Source: an uncultured Gammaproteobacteria bacterium (GTDB taxonomy: Bacteria; Pseudomonadota; Gammaproteobacteria; JAURND01). From it: a stretch of 64,000 nucleotides of DNA. Both the position numbers and the translations under genes were made by a program. Location of the stretch: positions 256,001 to 320,000 of the forward strand of contig CAVQQD010000001.1 of assembly GCA_963714975.1 (NCBI GenBank), written 5' to 3'. The notes beneath the pieces were generated by a model. The model saw only the letters and a list, made by a program, of their open reading frames with translations. It had not been told where the DNA came from and searched no databases. Positions 1-9,245 of this stretch are shown piece after piece (position 1 is the first letter of the stretch; the number at the start of each line of letters is the position of its first letter).

Positions 1-2
1 TC

Positions 3-854
3 TTTTTTATAATCCTGCTAGGAGTATACCTTGGCATAGCCATGCAACAAGAATCCGGCTATGTCTTGCTGGGTATGAGTCATTGGCGCGTAGAAATGTC
101 CCTTTGGCTTGCCCTGCTGCTTTTCATTTTAGCGGTCATAATGCTCTATTGGCTGATCCATTTTATCCGGGGAATTTATTTCATACCTCGCCGTTATGCG
201 AAATGGCGCGAGCAGCGACGCCAATTATCCCTCAATAACCCCATCATCTTATTAGGCACCAAAGAAACTTATTTAGCACAGCAACAATGGGAGCCTTTGC
301 GCAAGTTACTCCCTAAATTAGCCAAAACTCAGGCTCTCAATACCGCTGCTTTAAGCGCCTTATCGGTGCAAGTATATGGTCAACTTTTGCAACAAAGCGC
401 AAGCTCACAAAAATTGCCTGACTTAGAGCGACAATGGCAGAGCATTCCCCACGTTTGGCGTAAAAACCCCGCTTTATTGGCAGTCTATGTACAGTATTTA
501 TTGCAACTCGGAAAATCAGAAACAGCAGAACACGTTTTAAAAAAAGCATTACACAAACATCGCGACTCGCGCCTGTTGGAATTATACACTCAAATAAATA
601 GTGTCAACTCTGCCAAGCAATTAAACCGCGCCAAAATGTGGTTAAAATCGGACCCCAATAATCCAGCGTTATTGCTTTGCCTTGGCCGCTTGTCGGCACG
701 ACTTCGTTTATGGGGCAAGGCACGTAGCTATCTTGAAGCAGCCATCCGTTTGGAACCCAACCCTGCCATGTACCAAGCCCTCGGCAAAGTACTCGAAGAA
801 TTAGGCGATTCCCAAGCAGCCCTAAACTGTTACCGCGCTGGCTTAGCGATGTAA
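3..854 (+). CDS. hemY: HemY-family TPR membrane protein (5' partial, frame open to window edge)
   Basis: GYVLL..WRVEMSLW N-terminal motif, TM segment, C-terminal TPRs LLLCLGRL..LWGKARSYLE..ALNCYRAGL. Confidence 0.8.
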   Translation, partial: FFIILLGVYLGIAMQQESGYVLLGMSHWRVEMSLWLALLLFILAVIMLYWLIHFIRGIYFIPRRYAKWREQRRQLSLNNPIILLGTKETYLAQQQWEPLRKLLPKLAKTQALNTAALSALSVQVYGQLLQQSASSQKLPDLERQWQSIPHVWRKNPALLAVYVQYLLQLGKSETAEHVLKKALHKHRDSRLLELYTQINSVNSAKQLNRAKMWLKSDPNNPALLLCLGRLSARLRLWGKARSYLEAAIRLEPNPAMYQALGKVLEELGDSQAALNCYRAGLAM

Positions 855-859
855 TAGAT

Positions 860-978
860 CAGGTACCTCCATTAATTTGGCTCTATGAAGTTTTGAGTGG
901 GTAATCTATCCTTCTCCCCCTGTGGGAGAAGGAAAATCTACCCACTCGATTCTACATAGAACCAAATAGATGGACCTG
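860..978. repeat. Nested imperfect palindrome with REP family A core (CCTTCTCCC-CCTGT-GGGAGAAGG, 910-932)
   Basis: Arms GGCTCTATGAAG..GAGTGGGTA / TACCCACTCGATTCTACATAGAACC; reverse complement of the right arm recurs at 3718. Confidence 0.85.
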
Positions 979-988
979 TAAGCCACTA

Positions 989-1021
989 CTTAATATTGCC
1001 ATAAGCTTGCTCTATTAAAAT
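989..1021 (+). promoter_or_regulatory. PmrA-type box plus -10 element
   Basis: cTTAATATT-gc-cATAAGCTT-N7-TAAAAT resembles the Legionella/Coxiella PmrA direct repeat; same layout upstream of the paralog at 10155. Confidence 0.7.
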
Positions 1022-1053
1022 CTAACAATGAAAGTGAGTCGTCCTGCCCCCTA

Positions 1054-1147
1054 CGTCGTCCCGGCATGGATGCCGGGATCCAGTTCACAAGGATGTGAAG
1101 GATTCGCTTCCTGCGCCATGGATCCTGGCATCCATGCCAGGACGACG
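1054..1147. repeat. REP doublet family B (CGTC-type)
   Basis: CGTCGTCCCGGCATGGATGCCGGGATCCA ... TGGATCCTGGCATCCATGCCAGGACGACG, 29-nt inverted arms with 2 mismatches. Confidence 0.85.
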
Positions 1148-1182
1148 AGGTGAGGGGCAGAACAACAAAGAGGTGAGTATAT

Positions 1183-3414
1183 ATGAGCACAGAATTAAAC
1201 GAAATAAACGAAAAAGCAAATTTAAAACAATACCCAGAGACTCGCAGGGAGCCTGAGGGCCGTTTCATCATCTTGCCTGATATACATGGCTGTACCCTGA
1301 AGTTAATCTATTCTCTAGTCAAAGAAGGAATTTTTAAATTTAACGACCCGGATGACTATACAAAAATTGTTGGGATATGTGAAAGGGCCTCAACTCTTTC
1401 AAAAGAGGATGCGGAAGCATTTAAGACTATCCTTAGTAGCATTGAGGTGCGCTCTCCACATAGGCTGAATTTGCTGGGAGATTTATTGGCTGATCGAGGA
1501 TTGTTAGGTAATGATTATTTGACCCTAAAAGTCATAGAAAAATTAGGGACAGGACAAGTAAATTATCGAATAAACTGGTCGAATCATGATGCGGAATTTT
1601 TAAGTCGACTGCAGGGAGAGCATGGAAACATTACAAATCAGTCCCAAAGTATAACGTCTCTCTTTAAATTTTTACTTCATTATCCTAATGAACTCTACAG
1701 CCAAGAAGTAGAAAATATTGTCAACCAATATTATAAACCTAAACTGGAAATTTTAGGTGGGGCTATTATCTCCTCTCAACCACCTAAGTTTCTGCACTTG
1801 TCACATGCACCAACGGATGCCAGTACCACTCAAGCAAATTTGGTCGATTATTTTAATATCCCGCCCGAAGCCGAAGAAACAAAGCAATCAAACTCAGAAT
1901 TAGCAAACTTTATAAGCCAAAGGGCGGCTATTAATACTCAATTTCGGAAGGCTATTGAGGATGGGCTTTTTTTCCAGGAATGGCAAAAGCAAGTACATGC
2001 TTGGAATCCTAAGACCCTGAATAACCCGGGGATCCCACTTTATCCCATAATAATCCCTGCTTGGAATAGAGAAGTTCCAGACGACGAAGCATACAAAAAT
2101 ATAGGAGAGCATGAGGTTTTCCATGTGCATGGACATTCGAGCGACGATGAAAAACCCCAAAAACGAATCAATTTGGATAATGACAATCTTCTAGGGCATT
2201 CTGGGTCAGACTCCCCGGCAAAAGGCAATTATCATATTTATTCCTGCAAGGGCGCTCAAACGATGGAAGAATATTTGGGCACAACGAATGAAGTGCTTAA
2301 ACATCCAGAAAAAAAGAAGATGGCCCCAGAGTCGAAGCCACTCGCCAAGTTTCGGGAAGCCTCTTTTGCGCAGGACCCTGAAGGAGCACTTGATTTCATA
2401 GTACAAAACGGATACTGGGATGCTCTTCCCGATTTCCTTCGCTACCAGCCAACGATGGTTAACCACATTAACTCCAAGACAGGGATGGGGCTTCTGCATC
2501 ACGCAGTGGAACAAAATGTTGCTTCTGCGGTGCAGCAGCTAATAGCACAAAAAGCAGATGTTAACCTCTACGATCGTTTTGGATGCACACCTCTCCATTT
2601 ATGCGAAGATAAGGCCATTAGAAGCCAATTGCTTAAGGCAAGGGCAAAGCCAACCAAGGCACCTGCATATCAAAAAAATCCTCAATTTCTTGCTGATGCA
2701 GTACAAGATCAGGAGTGGGCGGTTGTACGTTTCTTATTAGGTGAACTTGAGTGTCCGGTAACCGGTAGTTGTTCTGACAAATATAGCCTGTTTGCAACGC
2801 CTGGCGCCCCAGTTTTACAGCAGCTAATGTGGAAGGACCAATGGGATTTGGTTCGAACGCTGTTGAGAAGATCGGATGTAGCTATCAATGCAAAAACTCC
2901 AGGAGGAGTGGATGCACGTGAAATTGCTGAGACGTATAACAGCTGCCCCGAGGACATTCGGAATTGTTTGCAGAATCAGAAAAACCTTGACTGTTTGAAA
3001 TCACCACAGGAAGAAAAAAGGCGTAAAATTATAGCGCCCATAAAAAATCATGAGAGCATAGCTGATAACCCTAATGCGTTCTTCCAAGGGTTGCAAATAA
3101 CTGGAAAGCTATCGCTGATTTCTTCAATATCTGCGGCGGCTTTATTAATCACCCTGGAAATAGCAGCAACAGGCGATAAGGCCGATTGGGCAACCAAGGC
3201 CTTATTTGCAGAGCCTGGAGCTGGATTGAAAGTCGAGGATATTTTGATCGCCTGTTCATTCATTGCAGTGCCTTACTTACTCTACCTTGTTGTAATTTCT
3301 TTAAACCTTCTTGTTGTAATACTTCTAATGATGCCACTAAGATACAACAACTTACAGGCAACTAACGTCATCCCTGCAGGAGGCAGGAATCCAGTCGCCA
3401 CTATTGACATCTAA
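1183..3414 (+). CDS. Wip-like metallophosphoesterase + ankyrin repeats + C-terminal TM; putative Dot/Icm effector (paralog 1, probable frameshift near 3290)
   Basis: Motifs DIHG, GDLLADRG, SNHD, SHA, HVHGH; ankyrin segments GMGLLHHAV..ADVNLYDRFGCTPLH; two hydrophobic helices. Confidence 0.75.
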   Translation: MSTELNEINEKANLKQYPETRREPEGRFIILPDIHGCTLKLIYSLVKEGIFKFNDPDDYTKIVGICERASTLSKEDAEAFKTILSSIEVRSPHRLNLLGDLLADRGLLGNDYLTLKVIEKLGTGQVNYRINWSNHDAEFLSRLQGEHGNITNQSQSITSLFKFLLHYPNELYSQEVENIVNQYYKPKLEILGGAIISSQPPKFLHLSHAPTDASTTQANLVDYFNIPPEAEETKQSNSELANFISQRAAINTQFRKAIEDGLFFQEWQKQVHAWNPKTLNNPGIPLYPIIIPAWNREVPDDEAYKNIGEHEVFHVHGHSSDDEKPQKRINLDNDNLLGHSGSDSPAKGNYHIYSCKGAQTMEEYLGTTNEVLKHPEKKKMAPESKPLAKFREASFAQDPEGALDFIVQNGYWDALPDFLRYQPTMVNHINSKTGMGLLHHAVEQNVASAVQQLIAQKADVNLYDRFGCTPLHLCEDKAIRSQLLKARAKPTKAPAYQKNPQFLADAVQDQEWAVVRFLLGELECPVTGSCSDKYSLFATPGAPVLQQLMWKDQWDLVRTLLRRSDVAINAKTPGGVDAREIAETYNSCPEDIRNCLQNQKNLDCLKSPQEEKRRKIIAPIKNHESIADNPNAFFQGLQITGKLSLISSISAAALLITLEIAATGDKADWATKALFAEPGAGLKVEDILIACSFIAVPYLLYLVVISLNLLVVILLMMPLRYNNLQATNVIPAGGRNPVATIDI
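3366..3394. repeat. REP family B half element
   Basis: CGTCATCCCTGCAGGAGGCAGGAATCCAG; related copy at 6964-6988. Confidence 0.7.
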
Positions 3415-3446
3415 GACCCGTCTGACTAGACGGGTCATCTGACTAG
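3404..3446 (+). promoter_or_regulatory. Antitoxin promoter with palindromic operator
   Basis: TTGACA at 3404; GACCCGTC-N6-GACGGGTC at 3415-3436; TCTGACTAG occurs twice. Confidence 0.6.
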
Positions 3447-3450
3447 TTTT

Positions 3451-3714
3451 ATGGGGATCACAATGAAGGAGATTAACGTATTTGCCGCTAAAACGCATTT
3501 TTCAGGGATTATTACGGAAGTGCTGGAGCAACATCAGCAATTTGTTATTACCAAACGTGGTCAGAAAGTTGCGAAAATTATTCCTTATGAAACAGAGGAT
3601 AAAAAAGATGTGGACACTGTTATCGAAGCAATGGACGTTCTAGCCAAAGAAATTGGCAAAACAGGCATTACCCTGGATGAGATTCTCGAAATGCGGGATA
3701 CAGGAAGGGAATAG
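3451..3714 (+). CDS. Phd/YefM-family antitoxin (orphan; start may be 3463)
   Basis: INVFAAKTHFS..VITKRGQKVAKIIP signature. Confidence 0.85.
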   Translation: MGITMKEINVFAAKTHFSGIITEVLEQHQQFVITKRGQKVAKIIPYETEDKKDVDTVIEAMDVLAKEIGKTGITLDEILEMRDTGRE

Positions 3715-3717
3715 TAA

Positions 3718-3792
3718 TGGTTCTATGTAAAATCGAGTGGGTAGATTTTCCTTCTCCCCTTGTGGGAGAAGGTGCCGAAGGCGGATGAGGGG
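3718..3792 (+). repeat. Left end of a composite palindromic element with REP family A
   Basis: 3750-3792 is the exact 43-nt reverse complement of 39445-39487; outer arm matches the 860-978 element. Confidence 0.85.
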
Positions 3793-3803
3793 TAACAAGA
3801 TTC

Positions 3804-3848
3804 ATGCTAAAAACTTTCCAAAAACAGTTAAGAAGAAACCAACGGCAG
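3804..3848 (+). pseudogene. Possible N-terminal remnant of a DUF559/Vsr-like endonuclease cut by the IS
   Basis: ATG-initiated MLKTFQKQLRRNQ resembles the xxLRxNQT start of DUF559 proteins; only 15 codons remain. Confidence 0.4.
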
Positions 3849-4062
3849 TATAGCGGGCGAAAAATCTAGACAATTTTTTAAAAAATTAAGATATAAATTC
3901 TCGTCCAGTGTTTGTTAAAATAAAGCCACGATACAGCCGGGGACGGCAATGACCGTGACGTGATTCCGGGCAGCTTTTGCCACCCAAGCCACTGCCCGGT
4001 TATTTAAATCACGTCTTAAATATCCCGGGGTGTGGGGCGGAGCCCCACCTTAATCCGCATCT

Positions 4063-4911
4063 TTAATGCACCAATTTTGAATGTACCCTGTTAGGTGTGA
4101 GCCCATTTAAACTTTGATGGGGTCTTTCAAAATTATAAAACTGAAAGTACTCGTCCAATCCTTCCCGCGCAGTCGTAACGTTTTCCCACTCCTGCAGGTA
4201 CACACATTCATATTTTACCGATCGCCATAGGCGCTCAACAAAAATATTATCTGCCCATCGTCCCTTTCCATCCATGCTGATTTTGATTTGATGCGCGGCG
4301 AGCACATCAGTAAAATCTTTGCTTGTAAATTGCGCTCCCTGATCAGTATTAAATATATCGCAGCGTGAATGCGCTAATACCCGCTTAAGTGTTTCTACAC
4401 AAAAATCAGCCTCCATAGTGATGCTAAGCTGCCAATCCAATACAAAACGGCTATACCAGTCTATTATGGCCATCAAGTAAACGAAACCTCGTCGTAGCCT
4501 AATATACGTGATATCTGTACTGAAAACTTGGCAAGGCCTGACTATTGCAACGTCATTCAGTAAGTACGGATATACTTTATGTTCAGGATGCGGCTTACTG
4601 GTATGAGGGCCCGGCGCCAATGAGTGCAATCCTAAATGCTCATAAGCCCAACGTGTCTCATGGCGTTTACAAGGGTAATGGTGATAAGAAATGTAGTCAC
4701 TCATTTGCCTTGTACCGAAAGCTGGATGCTTTGTGTAAATTTCATCCACTAAGCGCAGTAATGCTAGCTGTTTATCACTTAATACCTTGGGACGTGGCAC
4801 GTAATATACATTGGAACGGGTTAAATCCAGTAGATCACATTGTCGACAGACTGACAACAATGGGTGTTCTCTCTCAACCCAACCTCGCCTTTCATCCACG
4901 GAACAACTCAA
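4063..4911 (-). CDS. IS3 OrfB DDE transposase
   Basis: STDITYI, IIDWYSR, NTDQGAQF, DNIFVERLWRSVKYE, RPHQSL. Confidence 0.95.
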   Translation of the reverse strand: MSCSVDERRGWVEREHPLLSVCRQCDLLDLTRSNVYYVPRPKVLSDKQLALLRLVDEIYTKHPAFGTRQMSDYISYHHYPCKRHETRWAYEHLGLHSLAPGPHTSKPHPEHKVYPYLLNDVAIVRPCQVFSTDITYIRLRRGFVYLMAIIDWYSRFVLDWQLSITMEADFCVETLKRVLAHSRCDIFNTDQGAQFTSKDFTDVLAAHQIKISMDGKGRWADNIFVERLWRSVKYECVYLQEWENVTTAREGLDEYFQFYNFERPHQSLNGLTPNRVHSKLVH

Positions 4912-4920
4912 ACTTTTTTT

Positions 4921-5184
4921 TTAAAAATCATTCTCTACTTTTAAACGACCAATTTGTTCATATAATTCAGCCAGTTGAGTAGCATGTTCCGTAATTTCAT
5001 TTTTATTTTTATCACTAAAAACATCGGGCAACAAGGCTAAGGCTTGTTTTTTCCATGCGTTTATTTGCGTTCCATGGGCACCATACTTCGAGCTAATTTG
5101 TGCCAATGTTAGCTCCCCTTTAATAGCTTCCAAAGCAATTTTTGCTTTTTCTGCTGGAGTATATGTTTTACGTTTTTGGCTCAT
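4921..5184 (-). CDS. IS3 OrfA (HTH)
   Basis: RKTYTPAEKAKIALEA..QINAWKKQ..LYEQIGRLKVENDF. Confidence 0.9.
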   Translation of the reverse strand: MSQKRKTYTPAEKAKIALEAIKGELTLAQISSKYGAHGTQINAWKKQALALLPDVFSDKNKNEITEHATQLAELYEQIGRLKVENDF

Positions 5185-5260
5185 TCTCGTCTCCTGATCC
5201 GAAGCGAGAATTATATCTTAGCTTGCCATTTTAACTGTCTGAATTTCTTCGCCCACTATA

Positions 5261-6724
5261 CTCGAGGAAGAAAAAAATTCAGAAACAGAATTCAAGAGTT
5301 TTATAAATAAAAGAATGGCAATTAATGTCAAATTTCGGAAAGCTATTGAGGGTGAGAATTTTTTTCGGGATTTTAATGAGCAGAGTGCTGAGTGGTGTAA
5401 CTATTATCAGCCTAGTTTTTCAGGTATGACGTGGGGTAATCGTGAGTTTTCTTTTGCTCCTATAATAATACCTGCTTGGCAGAGAAAAGCTCCGGGTGAT
5501 GACGAATATAAGAACATTGGGGAGCATGAGGTTTTTCATGTCCATGGGCATACAGGCCAAGATAAAAAAGAATCCACACTGCCCCAAAAACGCAGCAATT
5601 TGGATAACGATAATCAGCTAGGCCACAGTAATGCAACCCAACCAGAAAATGGAAATTATCATATTTATTCCTGCACGGGCGCGCAGACGATGGAAGAATA
5701 TTTGGGGGTGAACGTCACCCGCGAAATCCCTGTGCCGGAACCCAAGCAGACTCCTGAGTCAAAAGAAGCCTTACCCTTAGCAAAATTCCGGCAAACCGCT
5801 AACGTTTCTCAGGTCTTTGATCAGGCAGCAAAGGGAAATTGGGATAATGTCTTTTATATATTGGAATACCAGCCAACAATAATTAACGAGATCAGGCCAC
5901 ATGTGGACTTAGAGGAAAGTGGTACTCTTCTGCAATATGCGGTTCAACAAAATAATGTGGGTGCTGTACAAACGCTACTAGACAATAAAGCCAATGTAAA
6001 CCTCAAGAATGGATTACAGTGTTCACCTCTATTTTTTTGTAAGAATGATTCCCCCATAAAGCAAATACTTGAAAAAGCAGGTGCTAAGGAGGCTAATGCC
6101 TGTGCATATAAAAATCCGGGCTTTTTATTGCAAACAATGTGTAAGGTTGCAAAGGACTATCCACGTTACGGCGAGCATACTAATCATAAACTAGCAGCTG
6201 CTTTAATAGAGAAAAAAGATTGCCCAGTAACTGGTCTTACAGAACATGGGGAGACTGTATTACATCTAGCAGTTCAGGCACAAAATCGTTTGCTATTGAC
6301 ACGCCTGTTAAAAAGATCTGATATAGATATACATGCCAAAAATAAGCAGGGTCACACAGCCCTTGATATTGCAAAGCAAAGTGCAAATGAAGAGTTAATC
6401 ACATTATTAGAAAGCAAGATCGCACAAAATAGACGGCAAACAGCCGGACAGGTATCACTGGTTACATCAGCATTTGCAGCAATTGTATTAATTACCCTGG
6501 AAATAGCGGCAAGTGGTTACGAATCTGCATGGGCAACTCAGGCCTTAGCTGCCGAGCCTGGACTGGGGAAAATTGGTGCTACAGTCGAGGATATTTTGAT
6601 TGCTTGCTCGCTCATTGCAGTGCCCTATCTGCTCTACTGCGTTTTCACTTGCTTTAAAACTTCTTGCGCTACAGCTTCGAATGATGATACTGGGGAAGCA
6701 AAAACCAAAACCTGCTCAAATTAG
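5261..6724 (+). pseudogene. 5'-truncated Wip-like/ankyrin/TM effector (paralog 2)
   Basis: Frame begins at the IS end (LEEEKNSETEFKSFINKRMAIN, aligning to about aa 230 of paralog 1); lacks DxH, DRG, NH and SHA motifs; keeps HVHGH, ankyrins and TM. Confidence 0.8.
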
Positions 6725-7029
6725 TTTGGCATTTAAGAATAGCAGCACCAAACTGATCATCTAAGTCTCTGTAGACAAAAAAATAGTTCCTCCCTTTGGA
6801 AAAGCAAGGTTAGGGGGGCTTAGGAATCAAAAGCCCAAGCTATGTTTCCAAGGACTGTCATAATCGGGACGAGTAGTTTGTTGTTCAGTGGCTGTAGTCT
6901 CGGCGTTCACCTGCTCATATTAAAAAAAAGAGCGATTTTCGCAATACCGTAGTGCACTCATGCCGTCATCCCTGCATCCTGCAGGGATAAGGGTTTTAAT
7001 ATAGAAAGGTGTGCGCCATAGCTTTTTGA

Positions 7030-7413
7030 TTATTGCAGCATTTCTTTGAGAATCTCCTCACATAATTCGTAAGTTAAGGGTTTTTCCACAAAAGCGTTAC
7101 AACCAATTTTTCGGGCTTGTTCTTTGTGGGTATCATCACCATGCGCAGTAAGAATTACAATCGGGGTTGTGTTGATGGGAGGAGGGCATTGCCGAATATA
7201 ACGTGCGATGTCAAAGCCATTGCCATCCGGCAGGCCTAAATCACAGACCACTAACTGAAAGAGTTGTTCTTTGAGTTTTTCCAAGGCAGAGGTCATATTT
7301 CTGGCGACTTCTACCTCGCATTTAAGGCATTTAAATAGCCCTTGTTGTGCTTTGGCGCACATCAAATTATCTTCAACAAGTAATAATTTAATGGGGTGCA
7401 TTTGATTAGACAT
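7030..7413 (-). CDS. Single-domain response regulator (CheY-like receiver)
   Basis: LLVED, DLGLPDGNG, LTAH, KP motifs; GGAG upstream of ATG at 7413. Confidence 0.9.
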   Translation of the reverse strand: MSNQMHPIKLLLVEDNLMCAKAQQGLFKCLKCEVEVARNMTSALEKLKEQLFQLVVCDLGLPDGNGFDIARYIRQCPPPINTTPIVILTAHGDDTHKEQARKIGCNAFVEKPLTYELCEEILKEMLQ

Positions 7414-8001
7414 AAAAATACTCCGATGGATATTATTGTTAGAAAATGCAAGGAACCCAAGTAAAGTAAGTGGCAGCAAAGGATTTTATAGGCGAGGGCG
7501 CAGGCGCTAGCTTAAGAGAAGGAGTGCCTAAGCCCTACCTATTTCCTCTGCTACCAGCTTACCTCCTCTTGTCCTGGATGCTGACCACTAAAAAACCCAC
7601 GGCAAATCCTTACCTTATGCCAGCAACACCGCTGTGGCATTCGAGGAAAATCATTCAGCAAGAATTCGTTGCTCCAGGCGCAAAACATCCGCTCGACACA
7701 ATGCAGGTGAAAAAAATTAGTTAACATACAGAAAAGAGTTTTACGCGAGAGCGTAATCAAGTAAGCTTCTAGAGCCACGTGCGGACCTCGCTTATAGGTT
7801 CGTTGCTGGAAGTGCCTCAAGAATGTTCGTTGCATTCTTTTGGCGCGACCTCGGAGGCGCAAGCCCCCGAGGCTTTGCCATTATTCCTTGAGTTTGGCTG
7901 AAATGCAAACGTTTCTTAAGGGCGACTTAATCCCAGAGGCGAGTTCAAAGGGGAAATTATTTTTGTTTTTCCGCAGTTTCGCTATGTTACAATAGCCTCT
8001 T

Positions 8002-9093
8002 ATGAAAAAATCCTCGTTACAAAATAAGCTTATTTCTCTTACTGAACGTTACGAAGAGCTCAGCCGATTACTCAGTGACCCCAGCGTCATCAATGATCAA
8101 AATCGATTTCGTGAATTGTCCAAAGAATATGCGCAATTAGAGCCAGTGGTCAATTGCTTTCAAGCCTATCAGCAGACTGAAGCAGTCATTGCCGCGACGC
8201 AGCAATTGCTGCAAGAAGCAGATACGGAAATACACAGTCTGGCTGAAGAAGAGCTATCGATTCAGGCCCACAAGCAAGAAACTCTAGAAGAACAGCTTAA
8301 AATTTTATTGCTCCCTCAAGATCCCAATGATAAACGCAATGTATTTTTAGAAATCCGTGCTGCGGCCGGGGGCGATGAAGCGGCGATTTTTTCTGGGGAT
8401 TTGCTGCGAATGTACACCCGTTATGCTGAAGCACAGGGCTGGCATTTAGAAGTTGTTTCCGCCAGTCATGGTGAACATGGCGGCTATAAAGAAGTGATCA
8501 CTCGTATTACCGGGAACGATGTATATTCCCGGTTAAAATTTGAATCTGGAGCCCATCGGGTGCAGCGTGTGCCAGTAACTGAATCCCAGGGGCGGGTACA
8601 TACTTCAACTTGCACGGTGGCAATCTTACCCGAAGTCGAAGAGGTGGATGCGATTGCGATTAATCCCGCGGATTTGCGCGTGGATACCTTTCGCGCTTCA
8701 GGCGCGGGTGGCCAGCATGTGAACCGCACTGAATCCGCTATCCGTATTACTCACATCCCAACCGGGGTGGTCGTGGAATGTCAGGATGAACGCTCACAGC
8801 ATAAAAATCGTGCCCGCGCCATGAGTATCTTACAATCGAAATTATTACTCGCTGAACAAGAAAAGCAGCACCGCGAACAAAGCGAAAAGCGCCGTAACTT
8901 GGTAGGCACTGGTGACCGCTCCGAGCGAATCCGCACTTATAATTTCCCCCAAGGCCGAGTGACTGACCATCGCATTAATTTAACTTTGTATCAATTAGAT
9001 GAAGTCATGGAAGGGCTAGGCTTATCGTTAGTGATTGAGCCACTGATGCGGGAATATCAGGCAGATTTATTAGCAGAGACAGCTGGAGAATAA
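8002..9093 (+). CDS. prfA: Peptide chain release factor 1
   Basis: PVT and GGQ motifs. Confidence 0.98.
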   Translation: MKKSSLQNKLISLTERYEELSRLLSDPSVINDQNRFRELSKEYAQLEPVVNCFQAYQQTEAVIAATQQLLQEADTEIHSLAEEELSIQAHKQETLEEQLKILLLPQDPNDKRNVFLEIRAAAGGDEAAIFSGDLLRMYTRYAEAQGWHLEVVSASHGEHGGYKEVITRITGNDVYSRLKFESGAHRVQRVPVTESQGRVHTSTCTVAILPEVEEVDAIAINPADLRVDTFRASGAGGQHVNRTESAIRITHIPTGVVVECQDERSQHKNRARAMSILQSKLLLAEQEKQHREQSEKRRNLVGTGDRSERIRTYNFPQGRVTDHRINLTLYQLDEVMEGLGLSLVIEPLMREYQADLLAETAGE

Positions 9094-9103
9094 TTCCCCA
9101 GGG

Positions 9104-9232
9104 GTCATCCCGAGGAGCTTGCGACGAGGGATCTCCATGCCAGTTGAAGGAGATCCCTCGCTTTGCTCGGGATGACAGAGGAGGCTCGGATGACAGAGGG
9201 CTCAGACGGGGAGAGGGCTCAGGGGGAGAGAG
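9104..9232. repeat. REP doublet family B (9104-9176) followed by degenerate tandem copies of its tail
   Basis: GTCATCCCGAGG..GAGGGATCTCC / GGAGATCCCTCG..CGGGATGAC; similar to 28208-28290. Confidence 0.85.
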
Positions 9233-9245
9233 GATTGATAATTAC

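Larger units (their letters stand above)
3849..5260 (-). mobile_element. IS3-family insertion sequence, 1412 bp, no target duplication
   Basis: Imperfect IRs TATAGCGGGCGAAAAATCTAGACA / revcomp TATAGTGGGCGAAGAAATTCAGACA; orfA and orfB inside. Confidence 0.9.

Noticed and set aside
990-1271. 93-aa minus-strand ORF
   Set aside because: Antisense to an effector start and largely a translation of the REP-B doublet.
7470-7862. 84-aa and 103-aa ORFs
   Set aside because: Non-ATG starts, overlapping on opposite strands, no recognisable motifs.
9165-9232. Short tandem repeats as a CRISPR array
   Set aside because: Units are about 17 nt, have no spacers, derive from the REP tail, and no cas genes are present.
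9144-9245. N-terminal extension of PrmC
   Set aside because: REP-encoded; ATG 9246 gives a normal-length protein.
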